Shown here: piece after piece, positions 24,806 to 31,828 of the stretch | Layout of the letters: each line of letters begins with the position of its first letter | Numbering within the stretch: position 1 is the first letter of the stretch | Virus record (IMG/VR): IMGVR_UViG_3300028008_000050 | Strand: one strand, 5' to 3' | DNA: 35,472 bases | DNA from: a virus | Program-made: the position numbers and the translations under genes | Notes under the pieces: generated by a model | The model's database searches: none | The model's input: the letters and a program-made list of their open reading frames with translations, nothing else | What the model was told of the DNA's origin: nothing

Positions 24806-25855
24806 ATGGGACAACCAATAGCAAGAATTGGCGACAGGACACAAGGTACTTGTTATCATCCTAGTCATCCACCTTTAGACATTGGTGGTACTATTATAAC
24901 AGGTAGTCCGAACGTGTTTACTAACAACATTCCTACAGCAAGACTAGGAGACCTAGTTGAAACTGACTGTGGGCATATAGGTAAAATTATAACAGGATCA
25001 ACAATAGACATTACTAATGAGTTACTTACAGCAAGGATTGGTGATGTAATTGATACAGACGCTCCTTACAAGGCAGTTATTGTTACAGGTAGTACAGACG
25101 TAGCAGGTGATCCACAAGCAACAGCAGAAGAACAAGCGAACGCAATAGGTAACGTAGTTGCACAAGCAATGGGCTTTGAAAAGGTTACACTTGATCCAGT
25201 AGAAGCCGCAGACATTATTATTGGTCGTAAGATTGAAAGAGATAACGGAGTTGATCCAGATACAACAGAAGCAGTAGAATATGGCGATGGTGGTATTCCA
25301 ACTGCTAGACGTGGTAATGAAAGTCCTGTACTTACAGGTGGAGAATCCGGAGTAACAAATACAGCAGGACCACAACCGGCTCCAGCAAGTTCATCGTCAG
25401 ATGGAGAGTTAGTTGAAGAAGTTCCAAGTAAACAACCATCAAATGCAGATGGACAATTTATTAAATGGTTACCACACGTTGACAGTAGAGTGAAACCACA
25501 AGTTGTAACAGGCTTAGAAAGAATATCTAGAGAGATGGGTTTCCAATTAGTTTGTACTAGTGGATATAGAAGTCCAGAATACAATTCAAGAGTTGGTGGA
25601 TCTAAGAAAAGTCAACACATGTTAGGAAATGCTGTCGACATTGTTCAGACAGGACTAACAACAGCACAACGTCAAAAGTTCATTCAAGCGGCTATTGACG
25701 CAGGGTTTACTGCAATTGGCATATACAATACATTTACGCACATTGATATTAGAGGTGCAAAAGTGGCTTGGGGTTCCAATGGAAGTAGAACTGGCCTACC
25801 AAAATATCCATGGGCACAACAGACCTTAAAAGCTAATGGATATGCTACTAGTTAA
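24806..25855 (+). CDS. PAAR-domain spike tip fused to an M15-type peptidase
   Basis: MGQPIARIGDRTQGTCYHPSHPPLDIGGTIITGSPNVFTNNIPTARLGDLVETDCGHIGKIITGS (PAAR); C-term FQLVCTSGYRSPEYNSRVGGSKKSQHMLGNAVDI...NTFTHIDIRG (M15 zinc peptidase pattern). Confidence 0.88.
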   Translation: MGQPIARIGDRTQGTCYHPSHPPLDIGGTIITGSPNVFTNNIPTARLGDLVETDCGHIGKIITGSTIDITNELLTARIGDVIDTDAPYKAVIVTGSTDVAGDPQATAEEQANAIGNVVAQAMGFEKVTLDPVEAADIIIGRKIERDNGVDPDTTEAVEYGDGGIPTARRGNESPVLTGGESGVTNTAGPQPAPASSSSDGELVEEVPSKQPSNADGQFIKWLPHVDSRVKPQVVTGLERISREMGFQLVCTSGYRSPEYNSRVGGSKKSQHMLGNAVDIVQTGLTTAQRQKFIQAAIDAGFTAIGIYNTFTHIDIRGAKVAWGSNGSRTGLPKYPWAQQTLKANGYATS

Positions 25856-25901
25856 ACCACTTTAAAGATAAATGCACTCAAAGATAGCATAAATAAGCTC
25901 G

Positions 25902-25924
25902 AAGACTCTCCCGGAGTCTTTTTA
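25902..25924 (+). terminator. Rho-independent terminator
   Basis: AAGACTC-TCCCG-GAGTCTT followed by a T-rich tail. Confidence 0.88.
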
Positions 25925-25958
25925 TGTTATAATATAGATAAGGATATAATAAAATAAA

Positions 25959-27032
25959 ATGAAAAAAGTAACGATGGTGTTAGCCGTCTTGTTCGCAACT
26001 CTTGCGACAGGAACCTTGGCTGACGATGCAGGTCTCGAAAGTAGAGTACAGGCCCTTGAAAGTAGTATGCCAAATTTACCAGCTGGACTTTATGTCAATG
26101 GTGAAATTGAGGGTATATATGACGATAAAACTTATGACTCTGGTTGGGACTCACGTGCTGAATTGCAAGTTGGTATTAGCCAAGACTTAGATATTGACAA
26201 GAACATGCTTAACCTTAACTGGGTTGGTGCAACTATGACGTATGATAGTGATTATGCATTAGATAGTACTCTTGACAATACTATTGTTGAAAAGCAATTA
26301 GGTTTTGGTAATGACTTCGCAACAATCTATGTTGGTGAAACTGATGCACAACGCATTGGCTTTGCAAAAACATCAAAGATTGGAGCACCAATTATCATTA
26401 CTGAATCAAGTAGTAGGTTGGATCACAATGAAAAGACTGTTTTAGTATTAGGCGGATTTGAAAAAGAAACTGAATTCGAATTTGATGCGTACAGACTTAA
26501 AAGAGAAAAGCCATGGGGTGTAGTTGTTGGTTACGATAACAACGAAGACTCATTGTATGCAAGTGCAACAGTTAGCTTATTAGGTTTAGCTGATGTATCA
26601 TACATGATCATTGACACAACTGCGGCAGGTTCAGCAAGTTACACAACAGACACTCGTCAAGAAGGATACGCTATTGGCGGAACACTTCGTAGATGGGATA
26701 TCCCAATGCAATGGGGTGTTGAGTTGTGGGACGACAAAGACACAGGTCTTGCAAGTGATGACAGAATTGATATGGGTGTAATGTATAATGTTACTCCAGC
26801 AACTTATGTTACTGCTCATAGAACTATGAATGATGACTTAGGTTACGATGGTAACTATTACGGTGTTGTTCATAACGTGTATGCTAACTATGACGCTGGC
26901 AAACGTGCTGATAAGCAAGATGGATTAGAGATTGGTTTATATCTACACGATAAGAGTGGAACATCAACTATCACTGGTGCAGATTATGCTGATACAACAT
27001 CAATCCTGGGATCTGTGAAATATAAATTCTAA
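25959..27032 (+). CDS. Outer-membrane porin-like beta-barrel protein with signal peptide
   Basis: MKKVTMVLAVLFATLATGTLADD signal peptide, short coiled coil LESRVQALESS, alternating beta strands with G-G-Y patterns, terminal SVKYKF with C-terminal Phe. Confidence 0.75.
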   Translation: MKKVTMVLAVLFATLATGTLADDAGLESRVQALESSMPNLPAGLYVNGEIEGIYDDKTYDSGWDSRAELQVGISQDLDIDKNMLNLNWVGATMTYDSDYALDSTLDNTIVEKQLGFGNDFATIYVGETDAQRIGFAKTSKIGAPIIITESSSRLDHNEKTVLVLGGFEKETEFEFDAYRLKREKPWGVVVGYDNNEDSLYASATVSLLGLADVSYMIIDTTAAGSASYTTDTRQEGYAIGGTLRRWDIPMQWGVELWDDKDTGLASDDRIDMGVMYNVTPATYVTAHRTMNDDLGYDGNYYGVVHNVYANYDAGKRADKQDGLEIGLYLHDKSGTSTITGADYADTTSILGSVKYKF

Positions 27033-27101
27033 ACCACATTTAACACGCCTTAAATGCTATGATAGTAAATAAAAGCGTGTTAAACACAATAGGAGATAAT
27101 T

Positions 27102-27281
27102 ATGTCACAACATCACGAAGCGATTAAAGCGGCAATGGAATCATACTTAGCTGAAAGCGAGTCTTTCGAAACTAAGGGTGTTAAAGCGGCCGCGGCAAGA
27201 GCAAGAAAAGCACTAGGTGAACTTGGTAAACTTACTAAGGCAAGACGTGCTGAAATTCAGGAAAAAAAGAACTCAATGTAG
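27102..27281 (+). CDS. Small Ala/Lys-rich phage protein, histone-H1-like character (59 aa)
   Basis: MSQHHEAIKAAMESYLAESESFETKGVKAAAARARKALGELGKLTKARRAEIQEKKNSM; AGGAG Shine-Dalgarno; missed by the ORF track. Confidence 0.75.
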   Translation: MSQHHEAIKAAMESYLAESESFETKGVKAAAARARKALGELGKLTKARRAEIQEKKNSM

Positions 27282-27289
27282 TTTATAAT

Positions 27290-27325
27290 ATAGCACGGCC
27301 CCTCAAAAGGCCGTGCTATTTTTTT
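27290..27325 (+). terminator. Rho-independent terminator
   Basis: TAGCACGGCC-CCTCAAAA-GGCCGTGCTA then a T-tract. Confidence 0.96.
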
Positions 27326-27334
27326 GGCTTAATT

Positions 27335-27363
27335 TTGACATAAAGCTATAAATACACTATACA
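27335..27363 (+). promoter_or_regulatory. Sigma70-like promoter with embedded TATAAATAC box
   Basis: TTGACA - 17 nt - TATACA; spacer contains TATAAATAC. Confidence 0.75.
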
Positions 27364-27409
27364 ACAGTAGCAATAATTAACATTGTTATATTAAGGAAAT
27401 AATAAACTT

Positions 27410-27637
27410 ATGAGCGATAGAATACATGGCATTCTAAAGTGGTTTGATGCGAAAAAAGGTTACGGATTTATTACTCCGTCATCCGGTGGACAAGATGTGT
27501 TTGTACATGTCAGTGCTTTTAACGCCGCACAGATTACAAATATCCAAAACAAGATGCAACTTGAATTTGAAATGGTTGATAACCGTGGACGAATGATAGC
27601 TGGCAACTTGGCAATACCCGACAGTTTTAATAGGTAA
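27410..27637 (+). CDS. Cold shock protein (CspA family)
   Basis: HGILKWFDAKKGYGFITPSSGGQDVFVHVSAF; RNP1/RNP2 motifs. Confidence 0.95.
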   Translation: MSDRIHGILKWFDAKKGYGFITPSSGGQDVFVHVSAFNAAQITNIQNKMQLEFEMVDNRGRMIAGNLAIPDSFNR

Positions 27638-27640
27638 CAA

Positions 27641-27895
27641 TTAACGTAAGGCTTGTTTAGCCTTTAATGCCGCTCTCTTCTTCTCAGCTTCAATTGATTG
27701 TCTTACTTTTCTACCCCAAGGTAATTTAATTGTTTCTGCAATTTCTTTACCTTTCTTACTGATATACTCAACACCAATAAACATATCTTTGAAGTCACTT
27801 TGCACAGCCTTAACTGCTCTTGTTAAACTTAATTGCTCTGTATCTTTTTCATCACCTGCTTCATTCCAAAAATGGAACTTTCTCATTTTAGCCAT
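27641..27895 (-). CDS. Hypothetical protein (84 aa)
   Basis: Convergent with csp, 3-nt gap; AAAGAAAGG-type Shine-Dalgarno. Confidence 0.7.
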   Translation of the reverse strand: MAKMRKFHFWNEAGDEKDTEQLSLTRAVKAVQSDFKDMFIGVEYISKKGKEIAETIKLPWGRKVRQSIEAEKKRAALKAKQALR

Positions 27896-27934
27896 AACGA
27901 CCTTTCTTTTAGTTTCTACTTATTAAATATAGAC

Positions 27935-28240
27935 ATGAAGTGTACTAAAGGCGACTTAGCCCAAATCATATATTCAGTACGTCCTGAGAATATTGGACGA
28001 ATTGTCAAATGCGTAGATTATATTGGTAAATTCAAACAAGGAGAACAGTTTGAGTTTAGAGGTATGCCCTGCCAATGCCCTGTTACAGATCACTATTGGT
28101 GGATTGAAGCAGAAGACTTATCAAGCCTGTTTGGACCTAGCCCAAGAGCATACATTGCCGACAGTTGGTTAGAGCCTTTAAAGAATCCAAATTCCAAAAC
28201 AAAAGAAAAAGTAGAAAAAGAACTTGACATAGCCGCATAA
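27935..28240 (+). CDS. Hypothetical protein (start MKCTKGDLAQ, 101 aa)
   Basis: The internal start avoids overlap with the divergent 27641..27895 gene. Confidence 0.7.
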   Translation: MKCTKGDLAQIIYSVRPENIGRIVKCVDYIGKFKQGEQFEFRGMPCQCPVTDHYWWIEAEDLSSLFGPSPRAYIADSWLEPLKNPNSKTKEKVEKELDIAA

Positions 28241-28252
28241 TGAGTGTATAAA
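28224..28252 (+). promoter_or_regulatory. Promoter of tmRNA; -10 is embedded in TATAAATA
   Basis: TTGACA - 17 nt - TATAAA, continuing as TATAAATATA. Confidence 0.75.
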
Positions 28253-28269
28253 TATACTCATAACGTTGA

Positions 28270-28528
28270 AGCAATTCAAACGCTATACAGGACTCGGGGG
28301 CAGTACCCGACGCCTCCACCATAAACACATTAAGCACAGGAGTGTGCTTATGATGGGGGCGAACTAGGATCGACTGGTAGTTAATAGAGTTAGTGGAGTT
28401 ATCCGGATCTAAGCACGGTTATCGCGAAGAAAACTACAGACGCAAACGAAAACTTTGCTCTTGCGGCCTAGTAATTAACTAGGTTACGGGGTTGGCAACT
28501 TACCTGGCAACAGAAAAGTTGCGTTTTT
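28270..28528 (+). ncRNA. ssrA: Circularly permuted two-piece tmRNA (acceptor piece upstream, coding piece downstream); outer ends approximate
   Basis: T-arm TCGGG-GGCAGTA-CCCGA (28294-28310), acceptor CGCCTCC-A-CCA (28311-28321) pairs with GGGGGCG (28355-28361) of GGGGGCGAACTAGGATCGAC; tag ORF GCA AAC GAA AAC TTT GCT CTT GCG GCC TAG (28442-28471) = ANENFALAA; intervening hairpin TAAGCACA-GGAG-TGTGCTTA. Confidence 0.95.
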
Positions 28529-28543
28529 ACTATTGGGGGCAAT

Positions 28544-28732
28544 GTGAAAGAACCTGGGCAAACAACACAAGATGCTATTAAAGATCTAAAGATGGTTATA
28601 ATGTCTTTAGGAATAACATTTTCAGTACTAATGTTCTTTGAGCCAGAAGACCCAGAGACAGTAGGTTTCTTAGTTGGCCTTCCTAGCTACATAATACTTC
28701 GTTGGTTACAGTTAGAAAATATTGGCTTATAG
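28544..28732 (+). CDS. Small membrane protein (62 aa, GTG start)
   Basis: ORF directly downstream of tmRNA with a GGGGG Shine-Dalgarno-like tract; two hydrophobic segments. Confidence 0.55.
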   Translation: MKEPGQTTQDAIKDLKMVIMSLGITFSVLMFFEPEDPETVGFLVGLPSYIILRWLQLENIGL

Positions 28733-28799
28733 ACACAGCCTATTAGACTTAGGCATTTTTCTGTGTTATAATAATTTAAATATAGCATAAGGAGAAAAC

Positions 28800-29855
28800 A
28801 TGCCACCACGTAATCATAAGAGTTGGTTAGCACAACCAAACGTAGAATCAATCAGCAGTTCAGCATATAACGATCCAGAAATATTTGCACAAGAGCAAGA
28901 ACGTATCTTTAGTAAAGTATGGGTACCTATGTGCCACATCTCTGAGATGTATAACAAACTAGACTACCGAACAACACAGATAGCAGGTGTTAATGTTATT
29001 GCATACAACACAGGCGATGGTGTTCGAGCATATCGTAACTATGGCAGTTGGGCACCTAGTGGCACACTAGGAGCACCTATTGTAACTGTTGAACCACAGT
29101 TGCATTGTGAAGTAAAGCACGGAGGCATGGTATGGGTAACACTTGATCCTAATCCAACGCAGAGTGTTGAGGAATGGACAGCAGGTGCATTTGATTGTAT
29201 TGCTGATGCTATTGACACAGAAGAAATGGAAGTGTTTCATTATCACAAAGCAATTATAAATACCAATTATAAGTTATGGCATGATACCAATAGTGAATTC
29301 TATCACGACTTCATGCACTACTTCAATAGAGTAAGTGGGTTCAATGATGAGTACTTCGCACGTAAGAATATACCTTTTGATAATGGGCATGTTAATGTGT
29401 CTAGTTTTACTGTCAACTATGAGGAGTACGAAGGCTTTGAAGATAGAGGAGAATTATCATTCCCAAACTTGCCACCCAATCAATGGTACATGGTTGATCT
29501 GTTCCCTGGATTCAACTTCAACCTTCGAGGCTCCGCCTACCGTAGTGATTCAGTTACTCCCCTAAGTTGTAACAAAGTTCTTATTGAGTTTAGAGGTTAT
29601 GGACTGCGTAAGGATACACCTGAAGAAAGACTAACACGTATCAAACATCACAACAGCATATGGGGACCGTTCGGACGTAACCTACATGAAGACCTAATTG
29701 GTGTAGCAGGACAAGGTACTACAATGCGTGAAGGTACAGAAGCACGTAACATATTACATGGTAGACATGAAAATGGAACTATACATGATGAAGTAGGTAT
29801 GCGTCATTACTATTCAGAATGGGGCAAGTATTTGGATGTTGACCCGTATCAGTAA
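28800..29855 (+). CDS. Rieske-type oxygenase alpha-subunit-like protein without recognisable Rieske ligands
   Basis: SSAYNDPEIFAQEQERIFSKVWVPMCHISEM...VRAYRNY...CEVKHGGMVWVTLDP...NTNYKLWHDTNSEFYHDFMHYFNR; overall RHO architecture, but no CxH...CxxH. Confidence 0.75.
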   Translation: MPPRNHKSWLAQPNVESISSSAYNDPEIFAQEQERIFSKVWVPMCHISEMYNKLDYRTTQIAGVNVIAYNTGDGVRAYRNYGSWAPSGTLGAPIVTVEPQLHCEVKHGGMVWVTLDPNPTQSVEEWTAGAFDCIADAIDTEEMEVFHYHKAIINTNYKLWHDTNSEFYHDFMHYFNRVSGFNDEYFARKNIPFDNGHVNVSSFTVNYEEYEGFEDRGELSFPNLPPNQWYMVDLFPGFNFNLRGSAYRSDSVTPLSCNKVLIEFRGYGLRKDTPEERLTRIKHHNSIWGPFGRNLHEDLIGVAGQGTTMREGTEARNILHGRHENGTIHDEVGMRHYYSEWGKYLDVDPYQ

Positions 29856-29871
29856 ATTGGTAAACTAACTC

Positions 29872-29900
29872 TTGACATAATGTTAACTCTGCGTTACAAT
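29872..29900 (+). promoter_or_regulatory. Sigma70-like promoter
   Basis: TTGACA - 17 nt - TACAAT. Confidence 0.7.
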
Positions 29901-29934
29901 AATAGTATTAAAGTAAAGTAGAGGTAACATTATT

Positions 29935-30387
29935 ATGACTATGAGTTTGGTACGTGGAATGACTTCCCTTAATACTAAGAAACGTAAAGCTACCAAGATG
30001 ACTAAAGGCAGACTCGAACGTCTTGTCAAAGAGCATCGTGAACATAATAAGTCTATGAAACGTATTCATGCACACAGTAATATAATGACATTTGATGAAT
30101 ATGTTGAATACGTAAGTGGTAACTTTAAACCCAAAACAAAAACATCTACTAAGGCATGGACTTGGGAAGGTCCAAAAGTACGTGAAACAGAATACATTCC
30201 TAGTCGTGTTACTAAGGATAGTTTCGCTCCAGCAACCAAAAAAGAATCTATGCAATACACAGGTGAACGTAAACTTGTAGGTATTGCTATGATGCATAAA
30301 AGTAACTTGGTTCCTGTGTTTGCAGACGACGATGACAAAACAGGATCAAAACAAGCAACTGAAATCGCACAGATGAGGAGAAATTAA
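29935..30387 (+). CDS. Hypothetical protein (150 aa)
   Basis: ORF preceded by promoter and GAGGTAA Shine-Dalgarno. Confidence 0.75.
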   Translation: MTMSLVRGMTSLNTKKRKATKMTKGRLERLVKEHREHNKSMKRIHAHSNIMTFDEYVEYVSGNFKPKTKTSTKAWTWEGPKVRETEYIPSRVTKDSFAPATKKESMQYTGERKLVGIAMMHKSNLVPVFADDDDKTGSKQATEIAQMRRN

Positions 30388-30474
30388 AATGGTTGAATTT
30401 ATTGGTTTTGCACTTGTAGTTCGATTATTGAACGCACAGGATTTACTAATGATTTGTGTGGCAAATTGTGGTTA
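30388..30474 (+). CDS. Possible 28-aa hydrophobic microprotein
   Basis: MVEFIGFALVVRLLNAQDLLMICVANCG*; directly follows the previous stop; GAGGAG Shine-Dalgarno-like. Confidence 0.35.
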
Positions 30475-30495
30475 AACATTTTGGTAAACAAAAGG

Positions 30496-30524
30496 TTGAC
30501 CATTTGAATTAATGGTGCTATAGT
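30496..30524 (+). promoter_or_regulatory. Sigma70-like promoter
   Basis: TTGACC - 17 nt - TATAGT, about 42 nt before the lipoprotein cluster. Confidence 0.7.
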
Positions 30525-30565
30525 ATATACATAATTAACAAATAGGCAAAAATAGGAGGCTTATA

Positions 30566-31045
30566 ATGAAGGCAATAATGAAACTAGCAATGGCAGGTAC
30601 CCTAGTATCTATGTTGGGTGCTTGTTCAAGTATGACTACCATTGCTGAAAGAGACACGTATGCACAACCTAAGTGGTATGCATCATGTGCCCAAGCAGGA
30701 ACCGAAGGTTGGTTCTGGTGGAAAGAAGAGTATGCATATGCATGTGGGGCAGGAGAAAGTATTTTCCAACAAGCCGCAGAAGAGCAAATGTATGCTATTG
30801 CAATGAATAACTTTGCAAAACGTATTAATGGTAGAGTGAATAGTGAAACAACTATGAATTTTACAAATGATACTAAAGATACAAACACGTTTATTTCGTA
30901 CAAGGTAAATGATACGGCAATTACACAACACCTTGAAGAAGAACGTTCAACGTTTGTATATGCAGGTAAACAGTATACCTTTGTCAAACTAAGAATGCCA
31001 AAGGCAGTATTCGATTCACTCGTAGCACAATCAAAGAGTCAGTAA
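30566..31045 (+). CDS. Predicted lipoprotein 1 (LPP20-like)
   Basis: Lipobox MLGAC; W/C-rich YACGAGES region. Confidence 0.75.
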   Translation: MKAIMKLAMAGTLVSMLGACSSMTTIAERDTYAQPKWYASCAQAGTEGWFWWKEEYAYACGAGESIFQQAAEEQMYAIAMNNFAKRINGRVNSETTMNFTNDTKDTNTFISYKVNDTAITQHLEEERSTFVYAGKQYTFVKLRMPKAVFDSLVAQSKSQ

Positions 31046-31046
31046 C

Positions 31047-31382
31047 ATGAGGATACTCCTGTTACTTGGACTAATCCTCGGAGTGTCGGCTTGTAGCACG
31101 ACACCTCCTTTGGGTAAAACTCAGATGCAGTATTGTGAAACAGATCAAATCATTAAAAAATCTAATGATAAAACTGTTAGCAGTGAAACGACACTTACCT
31201 GTTCAGACAGCCCAGTAAAGAAGTTGATTCCTCCTAAAATGGGATTAGGATCTAACTGTAGAGAACACTGGTATTCCGTTAATATTAATGGCAAGATGGT
31301 TGAAAGAAAAGGCTATGCTTGTTTATTCAAAGGAAAAGATTATGAGAGCTCTCGTTGGTATATTGTTGATAGCCCTTACTAG
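31047..31382 (+). CDS. Predicted lipoprotein 2
   Basis: MRILLLLGLILGVSACSTT lipobox. Confidence 0.75.
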   Translation: MRILLLLGLILGVSACSTTPPLGKTQMQYCETDQIIKKSNDKTVSSETTLTCSDSPVKKLIPPKMGLGSNCREHWYSVNINGKMVERKGYACLFKGKDYESSRWYIVDSPY

Positions 31383-31770
31383 TGCATGTAGCACAACTGG
31401 GTCTGACGTAACAACTTCTCAAACTACTAATGCAAGTGTACAGTCAACATATCAGCCTAATAATGGATATGTTAATATATTAGTAAACGTTACTAAATGG
31501 CATTGGTATAGACTTCCAACTGAAGACCGTATGAAACAAGAACGAGCATTGTTCTTTGCACTAGATAACTCTGAAAACGGACAAACAACTAGTTGGTATA
31601 ATAATACTACAGGAACAAATGGTGTAGTACAAATATTATCTACATTCCCACAAGGGTCAGGTTATTGTAGAACTGTAGTGACACGTTTACACTACAAAAG
31701 TAAAGAACGAATCTTCAAAGAAATTGCTTGTAAAGAATCAGGACACCCAGGTTGGCGGTTTCAAACTTAA
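31342..31770 (+). CDS. Predicted lipoprotein 3
   Basis: Internal start MRALVGILLIALTSACSTT gives a clean lipobox; overlaps lipoprotein 2 by 41 nt. Confidence 0.75.
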   Translation: MRALVGILLIALTSACSTTGSDVTTSQTTNASVQSTYQPNNGYVNILVNVTKWHWYRLPTEDRMKQERALFFALDNSENGQTTSWYNNTTGTNGVVQILSTFPQGSGYCRTVVTRLHYKSKERIFKEIACKESGHPGWRFQT

Positions 31771-31828
31771 ATAGTAACTTAATTAACAATAAAAAGGCAG
31801 GTAAATAGTGTATACAAAAGGAAACCAT

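Noticed and set aside
25066-25584. 172-aa minus-strand ORF
   Set aside because: Fully antisense to the PAAR-M15 gene, no start signals or recognisable motif.
28544-28591. Considering this as part of the tmRNA coding piece
   Set aside because: The likely 3' end is the GCAACTT...AAGTTGC hairpin near 28522, and the following ORF looks coding; the exact boundary remains uncertain.
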